Program-made: the position numbers and the translations under genes
Shown here: piece by piece, positions 49,404 through 58,725 of the stretch
Numbering within the stretch: the first letter of the stretch is position 1
Layout: each line of letters begins with the position of its first letter
Notes under the pieces: model-generated
Database searches by the model: none
The model's input: the letters and a program-made list of their open reading frames with translations, nothing else
What the model was told of the DNA's origin: nothing
Assembly: GCA_938048455.1 (NCBI GenBank)
Contig: CALIUY010000012.1
Coordinates: 154,538 to 218,537, forward strand
Direction of reading: 5' to 3'
Origin: an uncultured Desulfobacterales bacterium
Lineage (GTDB): Bacteria > Desulfobacterota > Desulfobacteria > Desulfobacterales > SpSt-501
DNA length: 64,000 nt

Positions 49404-50978
49404 ATGGTCGTCACGTTCTACGGTGCGGTCCGCGAGGTGACGGGGTCGATGCACCTCGTCACGGCCGGAGGGCAGCGCATCCTTCTCGACTGCGGGCTCT
49501 TCCAGGGAAGGCGCCGCGAGGCGGCCGAGAAAAACCGCGTGTTGCCTTTCGACCCCGCCCTCATCGGCGCGGTCGTTCTCTCCCACGCCCATGCCGACCA
49601 CTCGGGCAGGCTTCCGCTGCTCATGCGCGGCGGCTACGCCGGACCGGTCTTTTGCACCCCCCCGACGAAGTCCGCCTGCGACTACCTTCTTCCCGACGCG
49701 GCGAGCATCCAGCAGTCCGACGCCGATTACCTGAACTACAAGACCCTGCGCGCGGCCTTGCTGCATGCCGGCCGGCACGTCCCCGGCGGCCTGCCTCCCC
49801 CGGAGGCGGCGGCCGTGAAGCGGATGCTCAAACGCAACGGCCACGAGCTGGATGTCGAGCGCATCCGAGCGCTGTTGGCCGAACTGCGGCTCGAGGCCGT
49901 CGAGCCGCTGTTCACACTCGCCGATGCCGAAAACGCCCTTGCCGCCTTCGCCCCGCATCCGTACCGCGAACCCTTCGCCGTCGGCGGCGGGGTCCGCTGC
50001 ACGTTCTTTGAGGCGGGTCACATCCTCGGCTCGGCGATCGCCGTGATCTCCGCGCGGGAAAACGGAGCCCTCCGGCGGATCGGCTTCACGGGCGATCTCG
50101 GTCGCTTCGGAAAGCCGGTCTATAACGATCCCGAGCTCGTCTTCCCCGAAGAAGAGCGCGATCTCGATCTTTTGATCCTCGAGAGCACCTACGGCGACCG
50201 TCTCCACGAGTCGGTCCCCGACCTGAAGGGCCGCCTCGCCCAAGTCGCCGCCGAGACCTTCGCCCGCGGCGGGACGCTCTTGATCCCGGCCTTTGCCTTC
50301 GGCCGCACCCAGGTGTTGCTCTACGTCTTGCACGAGCTCTTCGAGGAGGGGCGCCTTCCGCGCGTTCCGGTTTACGTGGACAGCCCGCTCGCGGTCCGCC
50401 TCACGCGGGTCTTCGGGGCCCACCTGGAAGCCTGCGACGCGGAGGCGCGCAACGATTTCATCGCCCGGGGCAAAAACCCCTTCCGCTTCGAGTCGCTGCG
50501 GCTGGTGGAGTCGGTCGCCGAATCGATGGCCCTCAACCGCGAGGACCGTCCCCAGATCGTGATCGCCGCCTCGGGCATGTGCGAGGCGGGCCGGATCCTG
50601 CATCATCTGCGCTTCAAGATCCACGACCCGAAACACACGATCCTGATCGTGGGCTTCATGGCCAAAAACACGCTCGGACGACGCATCGAGGAGCGGGGAC
50701 GGGAATACGAGCGGGCCGGGCGTCGCGGGCCCGAGCCGGTGGTGCGCTTTCTCAACAAGGACTATCCCCTGCGCGCGCGGGTGGTGAAGCTCGACGGGTT
50801 CAGCGGACACGCCGACCGCGAGGAGATCCGCCGTTTTCTGCGGGAGGCGAACCTGCGCATCCGGCGGATCGCCCTCGTGCACGGGGAGGAGGAGCAGACG
50901 CTGGCGCTCGAGCGGACGCTCCGGGCGGACGGATACGCGGTCGCGGTTCCGCGGCAGGGGGAGACCCTGAAGGTCTGA
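49404..50978 (+). CDS. MBL-fold beta-CASP ribonuclease-like hydrolase
   Basis: HAHADHSG (HxHxDH). 524 aa with beta-CASP and RMMBL-like C-terminal motifs (GFSGHAD). Confidence 0.85.
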   Translation: MVVTFYGAVREVTGSMHLVTAGGQRILLDCGLFQGRRREAAEKNRVLPFDPALIGAVVLSHAHADHSGRLPLLMRGGYAGPVFCTPPTKSACDYLLPDAASIQQSDADYLNYKTLRAALLHAGRHVPGGLPPPEAAAVKRMLKRNGHELDVERIRALLAELRLEAVEPLFTLADAENALAAFAPHPYREPFAVGGGVRCTFFEAGHILGSAIAVISARENGALRRIGFTGDLGRFGKPVYNDPELVFPEEERDLDLLILESTYGDRLHESVPDLKGRLAQVAAETFARGGTLLIPAFAFGRTQVLLYVLHELFEEGRLPRVPVYVDSPLAVRLTRVFGAHLEACDAEARNDFIARGKNPFRFESLRLVESVAESMALNREDRPQIVIAASGMCEAGRILHHLRFKIHDPKHTILIVGFMAKNTLGRRIEERGREYERAGRRGPEPVVRFLNKDYPLRARVVKLDGFSGHADREEIRRFLREANLRIRRIALVHGEEEQTLALERTLRADGYAVAVPRQGETLKV

Positions 50979-51037
50979 AGGCATCGCGGCGGTTCCACAA
51001 CCATGGACCGGGCGCGGCAGGCGGTGCGCTTTTCCCC

Positions 51038-52336
51038 ATGGCGGACGGAAACCGGAGAATGACCCCCCGCGGAAAAACCGCTTTCGTCTCGCCCTCGGCC
51101 TGGACCATCCTGAGCCTGTGTTTTGCGGTTCTCTTCGTCAACTACGCCGTCCGCCTGGGATACGGCGTGATCCTGCCGGCGATGATCGAGGAGCTCGGCC
51201 TCGGCCGCACGGGGGCGGGGACGATCTACAACGCCTACCTCTTCGTCTACATCGGGGTGGCACCCCTCGCCGGCTGGTTCACCGACCGCCTCGGGGCGCG
51301 CCGGGTCATCGCCTGCGGTCTGCTCGTCCTCGGAACGGGCGTGCTCGGTCTCGGCCGGGCGGATTCGCTGGCGGCGGCGGCCGTTGCTTTCGGCCTGGCC
51401 GGCTTCGGTGCAGCGGGGTTGTGGGTCCCGGTCATCACCCTCGTCCAGCGCTGGTTCGCCCCCGCGCGCCGCGGGCTCGCCCTGGGGCTGCTCTCGACCG
51501 GTTACGGGCTGGGTTTTGCCGCCTCCGGGATCCTCTTTCCGCCGCTCATGGAGTCGACCTCCTGGCGGACGGCGTGGACCCTGCTGGGGGCTTCTGCTCT
51601 GGTCCTGGTGCTGCCGAACGGGCTTCTGCTGCGAAGCGATCCCGCGGCCTGCGGCCGCCGGCCCTGGGGAGAGGCCGCCGGGGCAAAGGGCGCTTCGCCG
51701 GCGCCGGCCGGAAAAAGCGTTCGCCTCGCGGACATCTTTCGCCTGCCGGTCTTCTGGCGGATCGGGGCCTCCTACGCCCTGCTTTCCTTCGGGCTCTACG
51801 GGCTGACGACCTTTCTCGTGGACTTCGCCGCCGGCCGGCCGGGAGTCTCCCTTGAGCGCGCGGGACTTTTGGCGACGGTTCACGGGCTGTTCCAGGTCGC
51901 CGGCGTGCTCAGCCTGCTTCCGGCATCGGACCGCTTCGGCCGCCGCAACACGATCCTCGCCTCCAACCTCGCGGTCGCGCTCGTGCTCGGACGGCTTGCC
52001 CTCGGCGCACCCGATTTCGCCGAGCTCTGCGCATTGACCGCCCTCTTCGCCGGCTGCTACGGCGCGACGTTTCCGATTTACGGCGCCTGTGCCGGCGACT
52101 ACTTCCCGCGGGAGGCGATGGGCACCGTGGCCGGCTTGTGGACGCCGTTCTACGGCTCCGGCGCCATTCTCACCCACTGGGTGACGGGGATGCTCCGCGA
52201 CGTGACGGGATCCTACGCGGTCGCCTTCGGCATCGGCGCGGCCTGCGCGGCCGGCGCCGCATGGCTGATGATGGGGGTGCCCCGACGGGGCGCGGCGTCC
52301 GTCTCTCCCGCACGGAAAGAAGGAGATCCGCCATGA
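51038..52336 (+). CDS. MFS transporter
   Basis: ATG at 51038 (alternative at 51059). 12 predicted TM helices. GWFTDRLGARR loop motif. Confidence 0.8.
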   Translation: MADGNRRMTPRGKTAFVSPSAWTILSLCFAVLFVNYAVRLGYGVILPAMIEELGLGRTGAGTIYNAYLFVYIGVAPLAGWFTDRLGARRVIACGLLVLGTGVLGLGRADSLAAAAVAFGLAGFGAAGLWVPVITLVQRWFAPARRGLALGLLSTGYGLGFAASGILFPPLMESTSWRTAWTLLGASALVLVLPNGLLLRSDPAACGRRPWGEAAGAKGASPAPAGKSVRLADIFRLPVFWRIGASYALLSFGLYGLTTFLVDFAAGRPGVSLERAGLLATVHGLFQVAGVLSLLPASDRFGRRNTILASNLAVALVLGRLALGAPDFAELCALTALFAGCYGATFPIYGACAGDYFPREAMGTVAGLWTPFYGSGAILTHWVTGMLRDVTGSYAVAFGIGAACAAGAAWLMMGVPRRGAASVSPARKEGDPP

Positions 52337-53409
52337 GCCGCATCCTCTGCCTGGACGTCGGTGCGGGGACCCTCGACATCCTCTTTGTCGATACCGCGCG
52401 CGAGCCGCCGCTCAAAGCCGTCGTCGCCTCCCCCGTGCGCACAATCGCCGAGCGGGCCGAGCGCCTGCCGGGGGATCTGTTGGTCACCGGCGGCGAGATG
52501 GGCGGCGGCCCGGTGACCGAGGTCCTGCGGCGGCGCGCCGCGATCCACCGCGTCTGGATCACGCGCGAGGCGACGGCCACCCTGCACCACGACCCGGAGG
52601 TCGTGGGCGGCTGGGGGCTCCAGGTGATCGACGCCGCGGAAGCGGAGGCGCTGCACCGCACGCCGTCGCTTTCCCACCTTGTGCTCGAGGACATCGAGGT
52701 CGAGCGGATCCGGGCGATCATCGAGGGATTCGGCGTTCCCTTCGTCTTCGATTTCGTGGCCCTCTGCCTGCAGGATCACGGTGTCCCCCCGGCGGGGGCC
52801 TCGCATCTCGACTTCCGCCACCGCCTCTACCGCGAGCCCCTCGAGTCGGGGCGACCCCTTTCCGAACTTCTCTGGCGGGCCGAGGAAGTCCCCGCGGCCC
52901 TGAACCGCCTGCGAAGCGCCGTGACAAGCGCCCGCCGCATCCCCGCCGCCGCGGTGTACGCCATGGACAGCGGACTTGCCGCCGTGGCGGGCGCCGCGCT
53001 CGATCCCCGCGCGCCCGGAGACCGGCCCTTTCTGGTGCTCGATATCGCCACCTCCCATACCGTCTGCGCGGCCTTGGACAGGGGGGAGCTCTGCGCTCTC
53101 GTGGAGATCCACACGCGGGATCTCACCCCGCAACGGCTTGAGGAACTCATCCGGAGCACGGCGGCCGGCGAGATCGATCATGGTCGTGTGGTCGCCCGGG
53201 GGGGTCACGGGGCGTATTTCCGGCGTGCCGCGGGCGAAGAGGCGCTCGGCTGCATCCTGGCGACCGGACCGAAACGGAAGCTTGCCGCCGGGATCCGCCC
53301 GCCGGTGCTCTGGGGGGCTCCGTTCGGCGACAACCTCATGACCGGTTGTGCGGGGTTGATCGACTGCCTTTGCCGACGGGAGGGACTCGAGCGGATCCAG
53401 GTTCTCTGA
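52333..53409 (+). CDS. ASKHA-fold (actin/sugar-kinase-like) protein, DUF1786-like
   Basis: ATGA overlap with the MFS gene. The N-terminal phosphate-1-like motif ILCLDVGAGTLDIL and a later LVLDIATSHT suggest an actin-like ATPase fold. Confidence 0.55.
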   Translation: MSRILCLDVGAGTLDILFVDTAREPPLKAVVASPVRTIAERAERLPGDLLVTGGEMGGGPVTEVLRRRAAIHRVWITREATATLHHDPEVVGGWGLQVIDAAEAEALHRTPSLSHLVLEDIEVERIRAIIEGFGVPFVFDFVALCLQDHGVPPAGASHLDFRHRLYREPLESGRPLSELLWRAEEVPAALNRLRSAVTSARRIPAAAVYAMDSGLAAVAGAALDPRAPGDRPFLVLDIATSHTVCAALDRGELCALVEIHTRDLTPQRLEELIRSTAAGEIDHGRVVARGGHGAYFRRAAGEEALGCILATGPKRKLAAGIRPPVLWGAPFGDNLMTGCAGLIDCLCRREGLERIQVL

Positions 53410-53467
53410 GGGCGCGGCGGGGCCGCACGCCGAGGCGGGAGATCCAAGAAAGAGAAAGGGGCAGGCC

Positions 53468-53962
53468 ATGGGCGTTTCTCTTCGGCAGGCCGCCGTACGC
53501 GGCTTCAAGGTCGGAGACCGGTTCCGGATCCACCGTGCCTTTTCCGAGGAGGAGACCCGGGCCTTCGGGGATCTCACGCGCGACTACAACCCCGTCCATT
53601 ACGATTCCCGCTGGAGCGAGGCCAAGGGCTTTCGCGGCCGGATCTGCCACGGGCTGCTCGCCGGTTCCATGATCTGCGAATTCGGCGGGCAGGTAGGATG
53701 GCTGGCGAGCGGCATGAGCTTCCGTTTCCTCAAGCCGGTCCATTTTGGGGAAAGGCTCTGCTGCACCATCACGATCACGCGCTTGGAGGAGGACGGACGC
53801 GCCGAGGCCGAGGCGGAGTGGACCAACCCGGCGGGGGAACGGGTGCTCACCGCCCAGCTGAGGGGGCGGCTTCCCTGCGGGCCGGAACGGGAGCTCCTCG
53901 CCCGGATGATCGACGCGGGGGACCTCGCCCATCCCCTGCGCGGCCGGGAATCGGGGGCGTAA
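53468..53962 (+). CDS. MaoC-like (R)-specific enoyl-CoA hydratase / hot-dog fold
   Basis: 164 aa. Hydratase motif LTRDYNPVHYD...ICHGLL. Confidence 0.8.
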   Translation: MGVSLRQAAVRGFKVGDRFRIHRAFSEEETRAFGDLTRDYNPVHYDSRWSEAKGFRGRICHGLLAGSMICEFGGQVGWLASGMSFRFLKPVHFGERLCCTITITRLEEDGRAEAEAEWTNPAGERVLTAQLRGRLPCGPERELLARMIDAGDLAHPLRGRESGA

Positions 53963-53974
53963 AGGGAAATCGCC

Positions 53975-54364
53975 TCAGCGCAGCACGGCGCGGATCACGC
54001 CGTCGCGGAACAGGATCCGGCTTGTACGCGGCGGCCCCGCGGGGCTCTTCTTCCGGGTGACGAGGACGGACTCCCAGACGGCCTCCCCTTTTCCGAGACC
54101 CTGTTCGGGGAAATCCTGCTCGAGAGTCCGCAGCTGCGGTGCGGCAAGCGAGAGGATCTCCACGTTTTCGGGATCGGCCTCGTGCACCCGGAGCCAGCTG
54201 AGAATGCGGGATTCGTAGTCCGCCGGAAAGGGCCCCGCGGTCTCCTCACCCCCGGCTGCCGGGGCTCCCGGCGAGGAAGGCGGCGGCGGAGGCGTCGTGC
54301 AGCCGATCCAGAGCAGAGCGGCCGCGAGCACGGTCCGGAAGTTGGCCCATCGTGTCCACTTCAT
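53975..54364 (-). CDS. Lipoprotein, uncharacterised
   Basis: Signal peptide with lipobox LLWIGC, followed by a Pro-rich linker. 129 aa. Confidence 0.6.
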   Translation of the reverse strand: MKWTRWANFRTVLAAALLWIGCTTPPPPPSSPGAPAAGGEETAGPFPADYESRILSWLRVHEADPENVEILSLAAPQLRTLEQDFPEQGLGKGEAVWESVLVTRKKSPAGPPRTSRILFRDGVIRAVLR

Positions 54365-55385
54365 GTGCGGCTCCCTTCGCCCGCCGCGTCGATGAAGGCG
54401 GGCCGGTTTCGGGCTGCCCCGTCAGGGCTTCCTCCTTGCGGGATTGGAAATCGATCACGAAGGCCTCGTCCAGGCGCTCGGCATCCTGGAGAAAGCCCGC
54501 AAAGCCCGCCTGGAGCAGGGTCCGGCAGCTCTGTGCGTATTCCGCGGGGTCAAGGCGGCCGGCGAGCTCCGGATACTCCCCCGCGCGGTAGAGGGGACGG
54601 TACTGGGCCATCCAGCTCACGGTGAGATCCTCGGGGTCGAAGACGTCCGCGAGAAAGGAGAGCACCTGATCGCTCGCCGCCCGGTTCCCGGGGAGCACGA
54701 GGTGGCGGAGGATCAGGCCGCGGCGGGCGATTCCTTCCCCGTCCAGCCGCAAGGGGCCGACCTGTCGGAACATCCGACGCACGGCCGCGCGGTTGACGGC
54801 GACGTAATCGAGCGCCCGCGAGTAGCGCGCGGCCGGCCGGTCGTCGCCGTATTTCATGTCCGGCAGCCACACGTCCACGATTCCTTCGAGGAGATCGACG
54901 ACCTCTTCGCGTTCGTAGCCCCCGCAGTTGTAGACGAGGGGAAGGCGCAGGCCCTGCCGGGCCGCGCGGTGCAGGGCGGGGAGGATCCAGGGCAGAAAAT
55001 GGGTCGCCGTCACCAGGTTGATGTTGTGGCAGCCCCGCTGCTGGAGCGCCAGCAGCTTATGGGCGAACTCCTCCGTGCCGTAGGGCCGTCCCTCCCCTTT
55101 GTGGGAGAGCTGCCAGTTCTGACAGAAGGCGCATTTCAGCGTGCAGTAGGTGAAGAAGACCGTCCCCGAGCCGCGTGTCCCGGAAATCGGAGGCTCCTCG
55201 CCGTGGTGGGGGAAGAGGCTGGAAATCACCAGTTCCCCCGGTGCGCCGCAGAACCCCCGCTCCCCCGCCAGGCGGTCGACGCCGCAGCGGCGCGGGCAGA
55301 GCGCACAGCGCCGGGCGAGCCGCTCGAAGGCGGCGGTGCGCTCCCTCCATTCGTCGTCGCTCAAGTACGTGTAGGAAGCCTGCAT
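54246..55385 (-). CDS. Radical SAM protein, PflX-like (pyruvate formate-lyase-activase homologue family)
   Basis: Start at MQASYTYL (55385). CTLKCAFCQNW (CxxxCxxC). The N-terminal CALCPRRCGVDR is typical of COG1313. The last ~40 codons overlap the lipoprotein gene. Confidence 0.8.
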   Translation of the reverse strand: MQASYTYLSDDEWRERTAAFERLARRCALCPRRCGVDRLAGERGFCGAPGELVISSLFPHHGEEPPISGTRGSGTVFFTYCTLKCAFCQNWQLSHKGEGRPYGTEEFAHKLLALQQRGCHNINLVTATHFLPWILPALHRAARQGLRLPLVYNCGGYEREEVVDLLEGIVDVWLPDMKYGDDRPAARYSRALDYVAVNRAAVRRMFRQVGPLRLDGEGIARRGLILRHLVLPGNRAASDQVLSFLADVFDPEDLTVSWMAQYRPLYRAGEYPELAGRLDPAEYAQSCRTLLQAGFAGFLQDAERLDEAFVIDFQSRKEEALTGQPETGPPSSTRRAKGAAHEVDTMGQLPDRARGRSALDRLHDASAAAFLAGSPGSRG

Positions 55386-55461
55386 CTCCGGATTTCCGTG
55401 CGCCGCGATTCGCCTTTCCCGGGGGCCCGCCGCGCGCTCCCGCTCCGAAGGCGCCTTCGCC

Positions 55462-56079
55462 TCAGGATCTCCAGGAGGCCAGCGCCGCGGCTTCCCCGGC
55501 GTCGGCGCGGGCTTCGATCCGCGCGGCGGCCGCAAGCAGCTCGTTGCGCAACGTGTCCTCCTCGAGGGCCCGGGCGTTGATGCGTACGTTTCCGGCCGCG
55601 GCCCGCGCGGCCGCGCGCGCGGCGAGCACGCCGGCGGCGCCGTCGGAGGCCGCGTTCGGGTTGCCGCGGGCGATCACCGCCCCTCCGAGCTCGAGGAGCT
55701 CGAGCGCCGCCTGCGCCACGCCCAGGGGCACTTCGGCCGCATGGCGGGTCGCCTGCTGGATCGCGCGCGCCCGGGACGCGCGCTCTTCGGGGGTGCCTTT
55801 CGGCAGACGGAGGGCGGCGAGCACCCCGCGGTAGGAGTCGGCATCGCGCTCGATGGCTTCGGCGAGCCGGCCGCGCAGCCGGGCGGCCGTCTCCGCGATC
55901 GCCGCCATCTCGGTCCGCACGGCCTCGAAGCCCTTGCGGTCGAGGGTGAGACGCGCGGTCATCTCGATCAACGCGGCCGCGAGCGCCCCGCAAAGCGCGG
56001 CCGCGCTGCCGCCTCCCGGAACGGGTTCGGCGCTGGCGGTCCGTTCGAGATACTTCAGGATCGATTGCTCGGCGAGCAT
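55462..56079 (-). CDS. Formiminotetrahydrofolate cyclodeaminase (FtcD C-domain-like)
   Basis: 205 aa. PVPGGGSAAALCGALAAAL is the cyclodeaminase/cyclohydrolase family signature. GGGAGGA lies upstream. Overlaps the end of hutI by 25 nt. Confidence 0.8.
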   Translation of the reverse strand: MLAEQSILKYLERTASAEPVPGGGSAAALCGALAAALIEMTARLTLDRKGFEAVRTEMAAIAETAARLRGRLAEAIERDADSYRGVLAALRLPKGTPEERASRARAIQQATRHAAEVPLGVAQAALELLELGGAVIARGNPNAASDGAAGVLAARAAARAAAGNVRINARALEEDTLRNELLAAAARIEARADAGEAAALASWRS

Positions 56080-57398
56080 GCGGTTCCTCCCGGATTTCGT
56101 TTGTCGAAGACGATCCTGCCCCGCTTGACGACCCGTTCCACGAGGTTGACGCCGAGGCGGTAAGGAAGGTGGCGGTGGGACGGGGCATCCAGGACGACCA
56201 GATCGCCCTGCTTTCCGACCTCGAGGCTGCCGATGGAGGAGGCAAGCCCTAAGGCGGCCGCGGCGTTGATCGTGAGCGCGGTCACGATCTCCCCGGCCGT
56301 GAGCCCCAGCGCGACCGCCCCTAACGCGGCGAGCAGCGGGATCGACTCGGAACAGCAGCTTCCGGGGTTGAAGTCGGTCGCCAGGGCGACGGCCCCGCCC
56401 GCCTCAAGAATGGCCCGCGCCGGGGCGTAAGGCTCGCGCAGGCTGAAGGCGGTCATCGGCAAAAGGACCGCGACCACGCCCGCCCGCGCAAGGGCCGCGA
56501 CCCCCGCGGGGGAGACGTGCAGCAGGTGGTCGGCCGAGACGGCCCCGAGTTCGGCGGCGAGCTCGGCCCCGCCGAGCGCGCTCATCTCGTCGGCGTGGAT
56601 CTTCATCCCCAGCCCGAGATCGGCCGCCGCCTGCAGGATCCTGCGGGCCTCTTGAGGGGAGAAGACGCCGGTTTCGCAAAAGACGTCGCAGAAGCGGGCG
56701 AGCCGGCGGGAGGCCACCTCGGGGAGCACCTCGGCGATCAGGAAGTCGATATAGGCGGAAGGCCGGCCGCGGTATTCCTCGGGAACGGCGTGAGCGCCCA
56801 AGAACGTCGCGACCACGTCCACCGGGTGGCGGCGGTCGAGTTCGCGGGCGACCTCGAGCTGCCGAATCTCGGTTTCGCGGTCCAGACCGTAGCCGCTCTT
56901 CGCCTCGACGGTCGTCACCCCGTGGGCGAGCATGGCGTCGAGACGCGCGAGCCCGAGCCGCACGAGCTCCTCGCGCGAGGCGCGCCGGGTGGCGCGCACC
57001 GTGCTGAGGATCCCCCCGCCCCGGCTCAGGATCTCCAGGTAGCCTTCGCCGGCCAGCCGCCGGGAAAATTCATCGACGCGGTCGCCGGCGAAGACGAGGT
57101 GGGTGTGCGCGTCGATGAAGCCGGGCAGAACGCATCGTCCCGCGGCATCGAGACGGGAAAAGCGATCTACCGCTGTTCCGCGGGCGGCGAGCTCGGCTTG
57201 CACCCGCTCGGCGGGTCCGAGGTGGGTGATGCGTCCGTCCTCGATGACAAGCAGGGCGCCGGAGAGGACGCCGGGGTCGGCCATCGCCGCGCCGCCGCGT
57301 GCGGCGCGGCCCGCGGCGCAGGTGACGATCTCGGCGGCGTTCTCGACGATCAGGTTTCCGTCCCTGGATCGGTTTCCGCCTGGGGTCGATCCGCTCAT
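56055..57398 (-). CDS. hutI: Imidazolonepropionase
   Basis: 447 aa amidohydrolase. PGFIDAHTHLVFAG, with downstream HADE and ATDFNPGS motifs. Confidence 0.9.
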   Translation of the reverse strand: MSGSTPGGNRSRDGNLIVENAAEIVTCAAGRAARGGAAMADPGVLSGALLVIEDGRITHLGPAERVQAELAARGTAVDRFSRLDAAGRCVLPGFIDAHTHLVFAGDRVDEFSRRLAGEGYLEILSRGGGILSTVRATRRASREELVRLGLARLDAMLAHGVTTVEAKSGYGLDRETEIRQLEVARELDRRHPVDVVATFLGAHAVPEEYRGRPSAYIDFLIAEVLPEVASRRLARFCDVFCETGVFSPQEARRILQAAADLGLGMKIHADEMSALGGAELAAELGAVSADHLLHVSPAGVAALARAGVVAVLLPMTAFSLREPYAPARAILEAGGAVALATDFNPGSCCSESIPLLAALGAVALGLTAGEIVTALTINAAAALGLASSIGSLEVGKQGDLVVLDAPSHRHLPYRLGVNLVERVVKRGRIVFDKRNPGGTACSPSNRS

Positions 57399-58300
57399 TC
57401 GTAGATCCGGCTTTCGAGGACCTGCTCCGAGCGGAAGCCTTCAAGCCGCAGGTAGTAAGCCGCGGCATCGACGAGGGCCGCCAGTGGAACGAGCCCCACG
57501 ATTTCGCTTCCCACGACGGGGACCCCCCAGCGTTCGGCCTCGATGCGCACGAGCTCGAAGGCGCGGTAGAGAGCGGTCCGCGTGTAATCGGTCAGATTCA
57601 TCGACACCTGAACGATGCCGCGGTCGCGCAGCGCCACTCCGATCGCCTTGCAGAAGCGCAGGCCGCCGCCGATGTGGCGCACGCGCCGGGCGATCTCTTC
57701 GGCCACTTCGAGGCGGTCGCAGCCCAGGTTCACGTTGAAGGCGATGAGCGGCATGCGCGCCCCGACCACGATCGCTCCGGCCGTGGGGTGGGCCGCGGCG
57801 GGTCCGAAATCGGGCTGCCATTCCGGAAGGCGGAGCTTTTCGGCCAGCCCTTCGAATTGTCCCTTGCGGATGTCGGCGAGATTGCGGCGGTGCGCGGCCG
57901 TCGCCGATTCCTCGTAGAGAAAGATCGGCAGCCGGAAGCGGCGGGCCGCCTCCTCGGCCACCTGCCGGGAGACGGCGACGGCCTCGGCCATCGAGAGTCC
58001 TTTCACGGGGATGAAGGGCACGACGTCCACGGCGCCGAGGCGCGGATGCTGGCCGCGGTGACGGCGCAGGTCGATCGCGGCGATCGCCGCCTCCATGGCT
58101 TCGAGCACGGCGGCGGCGAGCGCCTCGGGCTCCCCCACGACCGTGACCACCGAGCGGTTGTGGTTTTCATCGCTCTGGCAGTCAAGGAGCTTGACGCCGG
58201 GCCGGTTGCGGAAAGGGGCCGTGAGGCGATCGATCACGTTTGCGTTGCGGCCCTCGCTGAAATTGGGGACGCATTCGAGAATCCGGCTCCATCCGCTCAT
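57395..58300 (-). CDS. Glutamate formimidoyltransferase (FtcD N-domain-like)
   Basis: Start at MSGWSRILECVPNFSEGR (58300) after GAAGGAG. The ECVPNFSEGR signature is present. Its stop overlaps the hutI start (ATGA). Confidence 0.85.
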   Translation of the reverse strand: MSGWSRILECVPNFSEGRNANVIDRLTAPFRNRPGVKLLDCQSDENHNRSVVTVVGEPEALAAAVLEAMEAAIAAIDLRRHRGQHPRLGAVDVVPFIPVKGLSMAEAVAVSRQVAEEAARRFRLPIFLYEESATAAHRRNLADIRKGQFEGLAEKLRLPEWQPDFGPAAAHPTAGAIVVGARMPLIAFNVNLGCDRLEVAEEIARRVRHIGGGLRFCKAIGVALRDRGIVQVSMNLTDYTRTALYRAFELVRIEAERWGVPVVGSEIVGLVPLAALVDAAAYYLRLEGFRSEQVLESRIYE

Positions 58301-58410
58301 GGTCGAAACTCCTTCACCGCGGAGACCCCCTTGGGGCAGACTTGAAAGTTCATCCCTTCGACCTCGGTTGCCCCTGCGGCCAGGCACCGGAGGGAAAGAC
58401 GGGATTTTCG

Positions 58411-58439
58411 AAAGTACCGGGCGGCGGCCGTTTTTTCAA
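58411..58439 (-). promoter_or_regulatory. Candidate promoter for the formimidoyltransferase-hutI-cyclodeaminase operon
   Basis: The minus strand reads TTGAAA, 17-nt spacer, TACTTT. It lies downstream of the terminator of the micro-gene. Confidence 0.3.
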
Positions 58440-58459
58440 GATCGGGCCCAGGGGGAGGG

Positions 58460-58500
58460 CGAAAAAGACCCGGCCGCGGCGGGAGGCGGGCCGGGTCTTT
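58460..58500 (-). terminator. Rho-independent terminator after the KKTTA micro-gene
   Basis: On the minus strand: AAGACCCGGCC, 13-nt loop, GGCCGGGTCTT, followed by a T-run (TTTTTCG). The stem is 11 bp and perfect. Confidence 0.7.
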
Positions 58501-58519
58501 CGGAAAAACCCGTGGGGGA

Positions 58520-58648
58520 TTATTTCTTTTTGGCGGTGGTCTTTTTGGCGGTGGTTTTCTTGGCCGTCGTCTTCTTGGCCGCGGGTTTTTTGGCGGTGGT
58601 CTTTTTGGCGGTGGTTTTCTTGGCCGTCGTCTTCTTGGCAGTCGGCAT
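58520..58648 (-). CDS. 42-aa lysine-rich repeat protein (histone H1-like / Hc-like tail repeats)
   Basis: Sequence MPTAKKTTAKKTTAKKTTAKKPAAKKTTAKKTTAKKTTAKKK. ATG at 58648 preceded by AGGAGGAAAGAC. It has its own promoter and terminator. Confidence 0.65.
   Translation of the reverse strand: MPTAKKTTAKKTTAKKTTAKKPAAKKTTAKKTTAKKTTAKKK
58523..58645. repeat. Tandem 15-bp (5-codon) repeat; two perfect 53-nt copies at 60-bp spacing
   Basis: 58527-58579 is identical to 58587-58639. The underlying period is 15 nt and encodes (T/A)AKK(T/P) units. Confidence 0.9.
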
Positions 58649-58725
58649 GTCTTTCCTCCTTTTGGCGTTTGAATTCGGCGGTGCCGAATAACGCAGCATC
58701 CCGCCCAAAAATTGTATTCATTCCG

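Noticed and set aside
58523-58645. Possible CRISPR array or other spaced repeat
   Set aside because: The repeats are contiguous 15-nt units with no unique spacers. They lie inside a coding frame that has its own RBS, promoter and terminator. No cas genes occur in the window.
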